From assembly GCA_963744995.1 (NCBI GenBank), contig CAVUWA010000002.1, positions 928,001 through 992,000 on the forward strand: a stretch of 64,000 nt of DNA, written 5' to 3'. Both the position numbers and the translations under genes were made by a program. Of this stretch, positions 29,001-38,856 are shown piece by piece (the first letter of the stretch is position 1; each line of letters begins with the position of its first letter). The notes beneath the pieces are model-generated. The model had not been told where the DNA came from, did no database searches, and saw only the letters and a program-made list of their open reading frames with translations. The DNA comes from Candidatus Eiseniibacteriota bacterium (GTDB lineage Bacteria > Eisenbacteria > RBG-16-71-46).

Positions 29001-29909
29001 TTGGTGAAGACGCCCGAGTGGCCGATGGGCCTGCCGCCCAACTTCGGCGGTCTGGAAGAGCCGTTCTCGATGCTGGAGACGGCCGCGGCCGTGATCCTGC
29101 CGGTGCCGTACGACTTCACCGTCTCCTACCAGCCCGGCACGCGCCGGGGTCCGCGCGCGATCCTCGAGGCCTCGCTCAACATGGAGGTGTGGGACGACGA
29201 AGTCGGCGCGACCTATCGCAAGGGCATCCACACCCTGCCCGAGGTCGAGCCCACCGCGCTCGGCCCCGAGGTGATGTGCGATCGGGTCGAACAGGCGGTC
29301 GGCTGGATCCTCGATCAGGGCAAGCTGCCGGTGATGCTCGGGGGTGAGCACAGTCTCTCGGGCGGCGCCGTGAAGGCCGCGGCCGCGCGCTTCGACGGCC
29401 TTTCGGTGCTGCAGATCGATGCCCACGCCGACATGCGCGACACCTATCTCGACTCGCCGTTCAGCCACGCGGCCGTCATGCGCCGCATTCGTGAACGGGT
29501 GCCGGCCGCCTCGGTTGGCATCCGTTCGCTGAGCGAAGAAGAGGCGGCCCACCTGCGCGCGCACCCGGTGCCGATGTGGAGCACACGTCAATTCCGTGCG
29601 CTGAAGGGGAACTGGGCACCGATCCTCGACGCGCTCACCGACACCGTGTACGTGACGTTCGACGTGGACGGCCTCGATCCGTCGATCATGCCGGCGACCG
29701 GTACGCCCGAGCCGGGAGGGCTCGACTGGTTCGAGGCGGTGGATCTGCTGAAGGCGGTCTCGGAAAAGTCGAGGATCGTCGGCTGCGACGTCGTCGAGCT
29801 CGCCCCGATGGCGGGGCAGGTCGCGTCGGACTTCCTCGCCGCACGGCTCACCTACCGGCTGATCGGCCTCGCGCTCGCGGGCGCGAAGGCGATCGCGGGC
29901 CCGGCATGA
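29001..29909 (+). CDS. speB: Agmatinase (arginase/ureohydrolase family)
   Basis: GGEHS, DAHAD, TFDVDGLDPS, TGTPEPGG, DVVEL. Confidence 0.93.
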   Translation: MVKTPEWPMGLPPNFGGLEEPFSMLETAAAVILPVPYDFTVSYQPGTRRGPRAILEASLNMEVWDDEVGATYRKGIHTLPEVEPTALGPEVMCDRVEQAVGWILDQGKLPVMLGGEHSLSGGAVKAAAARFDGLSVLQIDAHADMRDTYLDSPFSHAAVMRRIRERVPAASVGIRSLSEEEAAHLRAHPVPMWSTRQFRALKGNWAPILDALTDTVYVTFDVDGLDPSIMPATGTPEPGGLDWFEAVDLLKAVSEKSRIVGCDVVELAPMAGQVASDFLAARLTYRLIGLALAGAKAIAGPA

Positions 29910-31336
29910 CCCGGCGTTCGGGCGGGGCGCGCGGCGGCCGTGCGGTGGCGCGGGAGGCTGGTGGAACGACGGGGCGGCGAAGGGACGGTGCGGCGGATGC
30001 GCGCGGGCGCGGGACGGGACGGCCTGGCGCGACAGCTGACAACCGTGCGACCCGGCGCGCCGCGGCGCGCGTGAAGGACGGCACGCGCCGCAGGGCGGAA
30101 GTGCCGGCGCCGCGTCCGGCGGCGGGCCCGGCGGTGATCCCTTCCGATGGGCTCGAGACGCCGGCGGGTCGGATCCTGCTCGAGCGGCACCAGGATCGCC
30201 GCCTGCGCGGCGGTCATCCGTGGATCTTCAGCAACGAGGTCGGCACGGTCGAAGGGGAGCCCCAGGACGGCGCCCTCGTCGAGGTTGCGGATCATCGCGG
30301 CGCGTTCCTCGGCGTCGCCTACTACAACCGCCACAGCCTGATCCGCGCGCGCATCCTCACGCGCGGCCGCGACGTGATCGACACCGGGTTCTTCGCGCAC
30401 CGCATCGAGCGCGCGCTGCGGCTGCGCGAAGCCGTGTATCCGGGCGAGGCGGCGCTGCGCCTCGTCTACGGCGAGGCCGACCAGCTGCCCGGGCTCGTCA
30501 TCGACCGTTACGGCGACCAGGTGACGGTGCAGATCAGCACGCTCGGCATGGAGGTGCGCGCCGCGGCGATCCGCGCGGCGATCGAGACGACGCTCGCGCC
30601 GGCCGGCGTGGTGCGCGCCGCCGACTCGCCGCTGCGCACGCTCGAAGGTCTGGACCGGGTGCGTGAAGTGTGGTGGGGCGACGTGCCGGAGCGGATCGAG
30701 GTGGGCATGGAAGGCTTCCGGATCGAGGCGAACCTGCTCCACGGCCAGAAGACCGGTCTGTTCCTCGATCAGCGCGAAAACCGGCGCCGCGCCGAGGCGC
30801 GCGCGGCCGGGCGGCGCGCTCTCGACCTCTACTGCTACCAGGGGGAGTGGGCGCTGCACATGATGCGCGGGGGCGCGACCGAGGTGCTGGCGGTGGATTC
30901 GTCGTCGCCGGCGCTCGACGCGGCGCGTCGCAACGCGGCACGCAACGGGCAGGAGTCGGCGATCGCCTTCCGCGAGGGCGACGCGTTCGACGTCGCGCGT
31001 GAGCTGGAGCGCGGCGGCGAGCGCTTCGGGCTCATCGTGCTCGACCCGCCGGCGCTGGTGAAGTCGCGCAAGCATCTCGCCACCGGGGCGCGTGCCTACC
31101 GGGACCTCAATCGCGTGGCCATGTCGATGCTGGCCGAGGACGGCGTGCTGGTCACCTGTTCCTGCAGCCATCACCTGGACGACGCGATGTTCCGGCAGGT
31201 GCTGCTCGAGTCCGCGCGCGCCGCGCGGCGGCCGATGCGCGTGCTCGACTGGTCGGCCGAAGCGGCCGATCATCCGCAGCTCCTCGCGGTGCCGGAGACG
31301 CACTACCTGAAGTGCGCCGTGCTGCAGGCCGTGTAG
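29906..31336 (+). CDS. rlmI: 23S rRNA m5C1962 methyltransferase RlmI family (true start may be the GTG near 30135)
   Basis: GHPWIFSNE, EADQLPGLVIDRYG, GQKTGLFLDQRENR, VLDPPA, TCSCS, DHP...PETHYLK. Confidence 0.88.
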   Translation: MTRRSGGARGGRAVAREAGGTTGRRRDGAADARGRGTGRPGATADNRATRRAAARVKDGTRRRAEVPAPRPAAGPAVIPSDGLETPAGRILLERHQDRRLRGGHPWIFSNEVGTVEGEPQDGALVEVADHRGAFLGVAYYNRHSLIRARILTRGRDVIDTGFFAHRIERALRLREAVYPGEAALRLVYGEADQLPGLVIDRYGDQVTVQISTLGMEVRAAAIRAAIETTLAPAGVVRAADSPLRTLEGLDRVREVWWGDVPERIEVGMEGFRIEANLLHGQKTGLFLDQRENRRRAEARAAGRRALDLYCYQGEWALHMMRGGATEVLAVDSSSPALDAARRNAARNGQESAIAFREGDAFDVARELERGGERFGLIVLDPPALVKSRKHLATGARAYRDLNRVAMSMLAEDGVLVTCSCSHHLDDAMFRQVLLESARAARRPMRVLDWSAEAADHPQLLAVPETHYLKCAVLQAV

Positions 31337-31468
31337 CGGCCCGCGGGTGCGAGCGGCCGACGTGGCGTTGCACCAGCGGCGCCCGCGCGCTCTGCCCTCA
31401 TCCGTTTGCGCCGTCGAGGGTTGTGTTACGGTTCGGGCGCGATCGTGACCGTTCGAAAGGGAGAGACC

Positions 31469-31924
31469 ATGCTCGAGTCCATCAAGGCGTTCTTCAACAC
31501 GAAAATGAAGCCCGAAGCACAGGCCGAAGGCCCCTCGATGGACGAGCGGATTCGGGTCGCCGCCTGCGCGATGCTGCTCGAGCTGGCGCACGCCGACGAC
31601 GAGTTCACCAAGGACGAACGGCGGCACATCGAAGAGGCGATGATCCGCCACTTCGACCTGAGCGTGGAGCAGGCGAAGGAGCTGATCGCCATCGCCGAGA
31701 AGGCGCGTGAGGACTCGGTCGACCTGTTCCAGTTCGCGAACCTGGTCTCCGACCACTACGACGAAGGCCAGAAGATGGTGCTCGCCGAGGTCATGTGGGG
31801 CGTCGTGCAGTCCGACGGCCGCCTGTCCGGGCACGAGGACTACCTGATGACCAAGTTCTCGCGCCTGCTCGACCTGCGGCCGGGGTATCTCGCCGAAGCC
31901 CGGAAGCGCGCGGAAGAAAAGTAG
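31469..31924 (+). CDS. TerB family protein
   Basis: GGGAG RBS; ELAHADDEF..E, DLFQFANLV, DGRLSGHE. Confidence 0.85.
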   Translation: MLESIKAFFNTKMKPEAQAEGPSMDERIRVAACAMLLELAHADDEFTKDERRHIEEAMIRHFDLSVEQAKELIAIAEKAREDSVDLFQFANLVSDHYDEGQKMVLAEVMWGVVQSDGRLSGHEDYLMTKFSRLLDLRPGYLAEARKRAEEK

Positions 31925-32258
31925 GGCGCCGGCGCAGGGGCCCGCGCCGCCGCGCGCATCTCACGGCAGCGGCGGCTCCGGCAGCGTGCCGTCGAGCGTG
32001 AGCGGACCCATGGTCGCGGTGAGTTCGGGCACGGTGACGCTGCTGAACGTCACTGTACCGTTCGGGTTCCGTGTGATTCCCGGAATCGCGCCCTCCACGC
32101 TCGAGTTCCAGATGTTGTTCGGCGACTCCGACTGCAACGCGTGGCGGGAGGATCTCGCCATTCAGCTCGAGGCGCAGGGCCCGATCGCCTACGAGACGAA
32201 GCAGGCACGTGCCGCGGTCGACCGGTGACGATGCAGCTCTGACGCACGCCGGGATGGC

Positions 32259-33845
32259 CTACCAGACGGCCCGTGCCGGTTGACTCTCGTACAGCGAGGA
32301 CCAGATCGCTCCCGCCGCGCGGCGATCGACGTCCAGTTCCTGCATCAGGATCACCAGCGGCCCGGCGCCGCGAAGCCTGCCGTAGGTGACGAGAGCGGCC
32401 CGCCTGACCTCCGGGCATTCACGGGCCCATCGCGCCATGAGCACGGCGTCACGATCATTGCCGACCACCCCCAGCGCCCGCGCGATCTTCTCGCGCACGA
32501 AGCCGTTGATCCCTGTGCACGAGCGTCCGACCCAGCGCCGTGCGATCTTGCGGCCACGCGGGTCGCCGAGCTCCGTGACGGCGGACAGCAGGGCTTCGCG
32601 CAGATCGTCGTCCCGTGTCTTCGAAGCGCGCTCGAGCATGCGGATGGCGCCCGGGGTGCGATGCCCGGCCAGCGTCAAAGCGATCGCCCGCGCGTCGAGC
32701 CTCAATGTCGGATGGTTCTTCGGGTCCTGTTGGAGGCGCCGTTCCATGAGGGCGAGGCCGATCGGGTCGCCGCGGCGGGCGATCTCATCGTAGGCCCTGA
32801 TTCGCACCGCCGGCTCGGGTGCGTCCAGCATGGATCGAATCACTTCCAGCGGTCTCGATGGATCCAGCGCGACGTCGAGTCTGTCGTCGTGCGTCGTGTA
32901 TCGGCCGAAGTCGCTCCAGTCGAAGTGGACCGAGTCCTCCGCCAGTCGCTTCCATGCGGTGATCCGCGTCATTCGCTGTGTCTCGCGATCCCGGTCCCAT
33001 CGATCGCGCCGGGTTGCGATCTCGAAGAGGGCATGCTTCTCATCGGCAACATCCGGGCGCAGCGCCTCGGCCGCATGGAGGCGAACCGACCAGGCGGAGT
33101 CTTGCGCGGCCGCGACCAGCCAGCGCCGCGCAGCGGGGTGCGGATCGTAGCGGGCGAGCATCGCCGCCTGAGCCCGCCGGGCGTCGTCGCCCTGTGAGAG
33201 CCGCATCACGACGTCGTGCAGACTCGGGGGCGGCCGTTCGCCGACGATTCCGGACAGCGCTTCCCGGTCGCGCGGGGCATCGTACTCGAGGGCGCGCAGA
33301 ACCTCTGCGCGAGCGTCCTCGTCGCACAGCCCGGGGTGCTCGCCGATTGCGCGCAGCGCATAGAAATTCTCGACGTCCGTGCCGCGCATCCAGCGGTCGA
33401 TGATTCTGCGGCGCTCCTCGAGCGAGGCATCGCGCATCCTCCACGTATCGCGCGCGAGCCTCACGACCGCCACCGAGTCGACGGGCGTGATCGCCACGGT
33501 CACGCTGCTCATGGGGATGAGGTCGAATCGCGCCGGAGCGAGGCCCATGTACGCACGCAGCGCGGAATCCGCTGCGGGCGGCGGCGCGAGAAACAGGAGG
33601 TAGCGGCGGCCGGCGTGCTGGAAGTAGCCGGTGTGGGTGATCGAGAGTGCGCTGAAGGTGTCGGGCGCGACGCCCTCGATGCGCAGCACGGTCCTGAAAC
33701 GTCCGGCGCGCCGGTAGTCCGTGGAATCGAGGCAGTCGGCCACGACGATCCCGGTGAGCGGTTCCGCCACGGTCACCGGGTCGGGGTAGAACGTCGGCGG
33801 CCCGTAGACGATCGTGAGCGCGACCGCCAGAACGATCGGCAGCAT
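32259..33845 (-). CDS. Exported HEAT-repeat-like hypothetical protein
   Basis: Hydrophobic N-terminus; helical repeats DSAWSVRLHAAEAL, PEPAVRIRA, LREALLSAVTELGD, PEVRRAAL. Confidence 0.65.
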   Translation of the reverse strand: MLPIVLAVALTIVYGPPTFYPDPVTVAEPLTGIVVADCLDSTDYRRAGRFRTVLRIEGVAPDTFSALSITHTGYFQHAGRRYLLFLAPPPAADSALRAYMGLAPARFDLIPMSSVTVAITPVDSVAVVRLARDTWRMRDASLEERRRIIDRWMRGTDVENFYALRAIGEHPGLCDEDARAEVLRALEYDAPRDREALSGIVGERPPPSLHDVVMRLSQGDDARRAQAAMLARYDPHPAARRWLVAAAQDSAWSVRLHAAEALRPDVADEKHALFEIATRRDRWDRDRETQRMTRITAWKRLAEDSVHFDWSDFGRYTTHDDRLDVALDPSRPLEVIRSMLDAPEPAVRIRAYDEIARRGDPIGLALMERRLQQDPKNHPTLRLDARAIALTLAGHRTPGAIRMLERASKTRDDDLREALLSAVTELGDPRGRKIARRWVGRSCTGINGFVREKIARALGVVGNDRDAVLMARWARECPEVRRAALVTYGRLRGAGPLVILMQELDVDRRAAGAIWSSLYESQPARAVW

Positions 33846-33866
33846 GAGGCCCCCCGGAAGTGCGAA

Positions 33867-34163
33867 CTACTCGGTACCCGCCTCCACCTGGCCGCCCGCC
33901 TTCTTCACCGCGTCCACGTAGTTCATGCGCATCTCGGTGATCACCTGGCGCAGGACGCGCTCCTCGTCGGGCTCGAGATTGCCCTGCGTGCGCGACTCGA
34001 GCGCGGACAGCGTGTCGATCGTGTCGCGGGCGACGTCGAGGTTGGTTTCGATCTTCCGCGAGATCGGATTCATGAGCTTGCCGAGCGCCATCATGCCGCT
34101 CTGCTGGAGGCCCAGCACGAGCTGCATGAACAGCGCAGCCTGGCGGGAGGGTTGCTGGTTCAT
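33867..34163 (-). CDS. DUF1844 family protein
   Basis: AGGAG RBS; MALGKLMNP...NLDVARDTIDTL...RTQGNL..EERVL...RMNYV. Confidence 0.88.
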   Translation of the reverse strand: MNQQPSRQAALFMQLVLGLQQSGMMALGKLMNPISRKIETNLDVARDTIDTLSALESRTQGNLEPDEERVLRQVITEMRMNYVDAVKKAGGQVEAGTE

Positions 34164-34998
34164 GGTTTCTCCTGTGCGGACGCGCTCCCGGGTTGCTCCG
34201 GTGCCGATGCCCAGCGCCTTCGCTTCGTTCCAGAGGGCGTCCATTTCTTCGAGCGAGGCGCCGGACGGGGTGCGGCCCTGCGCCTCGAGACGATGTTCGA
34301 TGTGGTGGAAGCGGCTGCGGAAGCGATGCGTCGCCGCGCGCAGCTCGCGCTCGGGATCGACGCCGAGCTTGCGCGCCACGTTGACGACGGCGAACAGCAG
34401 GTCGCCGATCTCGCGCGCGACGGGCGGCGTGGTGTCGCCGGCCATCGCCTCCTCGACCTCGGCGAGCTCTTCCTTGATCTTGGTCATCGCGTCGTCCGGC
34501 ATGCGGCCAGTCGAATCCGACCGCGCCGGCCTTCTCCTGCACGCGATAGGCGGTGACCAGCGCGGCCAGTCCCTTCGGCTCCTTGCCGAGCAGCGACTTC
34601 GGCGCGTCGGGTCGCTCGGCGCGCTTGATCTCCTGCCACTGGCGGTAGGCGGCGTCGCCGTCGGCGACCTGCGCTTCGCCGTAGACGTGCGGATGGCGGC
34701 GGATGAGCTTCGCGGCCACCCGCTCGAGCGACTCATCGAGCCCCGGGCCGCCGCGCTCTTTGAGGAGCTCCATGCAGAAGATCGCCAGGAACGCGACGTC
34801 GCCCAGCTCTTCGGCGGTGCCGTCGAGGTCGCCGTTGCCGATCGCCTCGGCGGTCTCGACGGCTTCCTCGGTGAGGTAGGGCGTCATGGATTCCAGCGTC
34901 TGCTCGCGGTCCCAGGGGCAGCCGTCCGGGCCGCGCAGGCGGCGGCAGACATCGACGAGGGCGGAGTAGGCGGCGAGCTCGCGTTCGGTGGCGGACAT
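34160..34998 (-). CDS. mazG: Nucleoside triphosphate pyrophosphohydrolase MazG, frameshift near 34500
   Basis: LRGPDGCPWDREQT, EELGD, KLIRRHPHV, VGFDW in one frame; KIKEELAE, EIGDLLF, EEMDALWNEAK in the next. Confidence 0.9.
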
Positions 34999-35065
34999 GC
35001 AGGCAGGATAGCGGAGCGCGGGAGCGTGCGGCAAAAGCGCCGCGGTGAAGCCTCCCGAACGCCAA

Positions 35066-35097
35066 CCGCCCCGGTGTCCTGCACGGACCCGGGGCGG
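35066..35097 (-). terminator. Hairpin downstream of the DUF4382 gene
   Basis: ccgccccgg(t)gtcc-tgcac-ggac-ccggggcgg. Confidence 0.45.
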
Positions 35098-35112
35098 CGT
35101 CGCCTGCGGCCG

Positions 35113-35943
35113 TTATTGCGGCGTGAGGGTGATGGTGCCGAGATCGGTGTCGCTGCCGGCGGTCACGTTCACGCCGGTGAGCGTCGTGTCGGCGTAGGTC
35201 GCGGACGGATGGATCGCGACGTCGTAGGCCCCCGGCGCGAGCATCGGCAGCACGAATGCGCCGTCACCGGGCGTGGTGGCCGCGGTGGCCACGGTGTCGC
35301 CGCTCGAGATCGCATAGGCTGAGACCGCGACGTCGGCCGGGTCCACGACGCCCTTGATCGAGCCGGTGGTGGCGGCCGGCGCCACGACGACACGCGCGGT
35401 CGGCTTGAGGATGTACATGTCCGAGCCGGTGTGCACGATCGAGCGGCTGCCGTCGAAGTCGATCGCGACGTCGACCGTGCCGCCCGCGGGAACGTCGAAC
35501 CCGCCGATCAGCTTGTAGCCGCTCTGCATTCCGCTCGGCACTTTGAGGTCGTGGGACACGCCGTCCACCACCACGGTCGAGCCGTCGCCCAGCTTGAGTC
35601 GCACCTGATTGTAGTGGCCCGCGGGGACCTGCCCGACGGCCATGGTGGCGAACACGCCGTTGCGCAGCGTCAGCAGGTCGTAGGTCGCCGCCTGATCGCT
35701 CAGCACTTCCCACTCGGTCGAATCCGAATCGGCCGACCCCGAAGCATCCTGGCCTCGATTGACCGAGACCTCGACCACCTGCAGGTTGATCGCGTCGTAG
35801 CTCGCCGGATCGTCGGTGAGCCGCATGCGGATGGTGCCGGTGCCTGCCGGCGAGGTGGGCTGCTTGCCGCAACCGGCCAGTGCTGCAACGGCGACGAACA
35901 TCACGAGCCCGGGGAGGACCCGCAAGGCATGAAGCCTCCTCAT
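35113..35943 (-). CDS. DUF4382-domain lipoprotein with carboxypeptidase-regulatory-like C-terminal domain
   Basis: Lipobox LAGC; RLTDDP, DLLTLRNG, G.YNQVRL, LKVPSGMQSG, DFDGSRSI, YILKP. Confidence 0.85.
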   Translation of the reverse strand: MRRLHALRVLPGLVMFVAVAALAGCGKQPTSPAGTGTIRMRLTDDPASYDAINLQVVEVSVNRGQDASGSADSDSTEWEVLSDQAATYDLLTLRNGVFATMAVGQVPAGHYNQVRLKLGDGSTVVVDGVSHDLKVPSGMQSGYKLIGGFDVPAGGTVDVAIDFDGSRSIVHTGSDMYILKPTARVVVAPAATTGSIKGVVDPADVAVSAYAISSGDTVATAATTPGDGAFVLPMLAPGAYDVAIHPSATYADTTLTGVNVTAGSDTDLGTITLTPQ

Positions 35944-36187
35944 GAAAAAACCCCTTTCAAGGATGTCGAGCAGGGGAGCGTGGGTTCCGGCATGTGGAGT
36001 TGGGGTGGAGCGCGTCCGGAAGCTTAACGCCGATCGCCGGCACGGCCAAACGGCCGAACGGGCCGCCGAAGACTGCGTGGGCGTCCACGAGGGAGTTCAT
36101 CCGCTCCGGGCAGCGCCTCCGTGCCAGGGCGCCGGCCCCGGCCAGCGCTCAGCAGTGTCGTTCACGCCACGGGGCGCGACCCTCGCA

Positions 36188-38605
36188 TCATCGTGCGATG
36201 ACCACCTTTTGCGAAATCGTCGCGCCGGCGAAACGGACGCGGCCGAAGTAGAGGCCGGCCGGAACGGACCGTCCCGCGGCGTCGCGTCCGTCCCAGAGAA
36301 CGGAATGCTGCGCCGCGGGGAGCTCGGTATCGACGAGACGTCGCACGAGCCGTCCCGACACGTCGAGGACGTCGAATCGTACGTGTCCGGCACGCGGGAG
36401 CGTGAACTCCATGTGCACCGCGCGCCCTGCCGGGTTCGGCCGGGGCAGCGCGAGCCGGAGGCCATGCCCCGGGTCCTCCCGGCCGACGGCGCTGGTCGTG
36501 ACGGAGCGCTCGGCGATGTGCGACGAGCGCTTGCCGCCGGCGACCAGGAAGGTGCCGCCCGCCCAGAGCACCGTGCCATCGCCCTCGGCCGCGTACACGG
36601 CGTTGTCCATGCCGGAGCCGAGCGCGTTGGCGGAAGTGCCCGTCCATGCGGCGATGTTGTCGGCCGGAATCCCATCGAGCGAACTGAACAGCCCGCCGAC
36701 GATGAGATCGGTCATCGACTCGCCGAACCCCAGGACTCCGCCGCCCCCCATACCGAGACCGTTGCCAAGGCCGGACCATGCCACGCCGTCCCAGAAGCCC
36801 ACCTGATTCACCGGCGTGGCGCCGAGGTTCGTGAAGAGCCCGCCCACCACGAGGCCGGACTGATAGGGACGCATGGCGAACACGGCCGCGTCGGCCCCGC
36901 CCCCGAATTCGGTCCAGGCGACACCGTCCCACGCCCCGAGGTTGAGCGCATTCACACCGTCGATGGCGGTGAATTCGCCGCCCACGACCAGGGTGCCGCC
37001 GTAGTTTTCCAGAGCGGCCACGATCGTGCCCTCGACGCCGGTTCCAGCCGCGGTCCAGCTCCCGTTCCATGCGGCGAGTCGCTTCGCCGGAAGGCCGCCC
37101 GCCGTGGAGAACACGCCTCCCACGATGAGCGCGCCGTTCCATACCGTGAGCGCATAGACCTCGTCGTCGGTTCCGGTTCCGAGCGCGTGCCACGCGGCGC
37201 CGTCCCAGCGCGCGATGTTGCTGGCGGGGACGGTTCCGGCCCGTGTGAACCTGCCGCCGACGATGAGATCGCCGTTGTAGATCGTGAACACGTTGACGCG
37301 CGCGTCGCCCTGCGGTGTCGTGAGTCCACCGCCCAGGTCCGACCAGTCGGTCCCGTTCCAGCGCGCGACGGACTCGCAGGCGCAGGAGCCCGCGACCTGG
37401 AAATCACCGCCGGCAATCACCGACCCGCCGAACGTGGTGAGCGCGAACACGGCTCGATCCATGCCCAGGCCGTCGAACGGCGACCAGAGCGAGCCGTCCC
37501 AGCGGGCGATGCGCATGGCGCCGACCGAGCCGGCCGACAGGAAGTCGCCGCCGGCAAAGAGTGCCCCGCCGAAGGACTGAAGCGCATGCACGGCATCGTC
37601 GGTTCCCACGTCGAGCGGGCTCCATACGGCCCCGTCGAAGGAGACGATGCGGTTCGCCGGAACCCCGTCGATCGAGGTGAAATACCCGCCGACTTGCAGG
37701 ATGTCCTGATACACCTCGAGTGCCCGGACCGAATTGTCGAAGCCGGCCCCGCCGGCCGGCGTGTTCCAGGTTCCACCGTCCCAGAAGGCCAGGCGCGGCG
37801 TCGGCGTGGTCCCCGCCGACGAGAAATCGCCCCCCACCCAGAGCAGGCCCGCCCATTCCTGAAGCGCGTGGACGGTGTTGTTGAACCCGGGCCCGACCGC
37901 CGTCCAGGTGAAACCGTCCCATTGCGCGATGAACTCGGCCGGCATGCCGCCGGCGATCGAGAAATCGCCGCCGGCGAACAGGGAACCGTTGTACGTCTCG
38001 AGACAGCGCACCGTGTTGTCGAACCCCGTTCCGAACGCATCCCACGACGAACCGTTCCAAAGCGCGATACGACTGCGGCTGAGAGCGCCGGCCATGGTGA
38101 AGTCGCCGGCGACGGCGAGCGTGCCGCCGAGGGCCTTCATGGCTCTGACCGTCGAATTCGTGCCGCCGCCGACGTCGCTCCAGGTGCCGCCGTCCCATCG
38201 CGCGATGTTGCTCACCGAGGTTCCGCCGGCGATCGTGAAGCTGCCGCCCGCGTACAGGTCGGTGCCGACGACCTCGAGCGAGAGCACCTGTCCATTCATG
38301 CCGCTGCCGAGCGGTTGCCAGTTGGTGCCGTCGAATATGGCCACGCGGGAGGCCACGGCCGATCCAGCGACGGTGAACGCGCCGGCGGCGACGAGGTACC
38401 CGTTGTACTCGCACAGGGCCGTCACGCGGGCATTCATGCCGTTGGAGTAGAACCCCTCGACCCAGGTTTCGTCGCCGACCTGCGGCGCGGCCATCGCGGG
38501 ATGGATCGGCACCAGGGTCGCCAGCGCGAGAGTCGAGAGTGCGACGCTGCGGCATGCAAGCCGGACGAAACTTCCAGTTCTCGTGAGGTGGAGCATCGGA
38601 ATCAC
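36188..38605 (-). CDS. Secreted repeat beta-propeller protein (about 14 repeats) with C-terminal FlgD-Ig/T9SS-like domain
   Basis: Tandem ~47-aa units V.AL....G.L.VGG.F..AG......IA.WDG..W..LG.G; PRPNP...DVSGRLVRRL...WDGRD...GLYFGR. Confidence 0.85.
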   Translation of the reverse strand: MIPMLHLTRTGSFVRLACRSVALSTLALATLVPIHPAMAAPQVGDETWVEGFYSNGMNARVTALCEYNGYLVAAGAFTVAGSAVASRVAIFDGTNWQPLGSGMNGQVLSLEVVGTDLYAGGSFTIAGGTSVSNIARWDGGTWSDVGGGTNSTVRAMKALGGTLAVAGDFTMAGALSRSRIALWNGSSWDAFGTGFDNTVRCLETYNGSLFAGGDFSIAGGMPAEFIAQWDGFTWTAVGPGFNNTVHALQEWAGLLWVGGDFSSAGTTPTPRLAFWDGGTWNTPAGGAGFDNSVRALEVYQDILQVGGYFTSIDGVPANRIVSFDGAVWSPLDVGTDDAVHALQSFGGALFAGGDFLSAGSVGAMRIARWDGSLWSPFDGLGMDRAVFALTTFGGSVIAGGDFQVAGSCACESVARWNGTDWSDLGGGLTTPQGDARVNVFTIYNGDLIVGGRFTRAGTVPASNIARWDGAAWHALGTGTDDEVYALTVWNGALIVGGVFSTAGGLPAKRLAAWNGSWTAAGTGVEGTIVAALENYGGTLVVGGEFTAIDGVNALNLGAWDGVAWTEFGGGADAAVFAMRPYQSGLVVGGLFTNLGATPVNQVGFWDGVAWSGLGNGLGMGGGGVLGFGESMTDLIVGGLFSSLDGIPADNIAAWTGTSANALGSGMDNAVYAAEGDGTVLWAGGTFLVAGGKRSSHIAERSVTTSAVGREDPGHGLRLALPRPNPAGRAVHMEFTLPRAGHVRFDVLDVSGRLVRRLVDTELPAAQHSVLWDGRDAAGRSVPAGLYFGRVRFAGATISQKVVIAR

Positions 38606-38856
38606 CTCATGGTTCGTGGACTCGGCGATCGTGCAGGCGCGGCAGGCAGTCGAACGGGCAGGCGGGAACCACGGGGCCCGTTTCGGGGGACCACTGCTGA
38701 CCGCCTGATTGTACCGCCGTAATCCCGTCAGGCAAGCGAAGAATCCGCTGCGATCGCGGAGGCGGCCGCAGGTCCGGGGCCAGGCCGGGAGGTCGCTCCG
38801 ATACAGGGCGTTCCATGCTTGCCACGTCGCAGGCCGGCTGGGACATTCATCGCCGT

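Noticed and set aside
29906..30134. Arg/Ala/Gly-rich N-terminal extension on RlmI as a novel domain
   Set aside because: Low-complexity GC-rich translation with an uncertain start codon; a downstream GTG is equally plausible.
31961..32161. 66-aa ORF with protein-like composition
   Set aside because: No RBS and no recognisable family. It may be a gene remnant, but support is insufficient.
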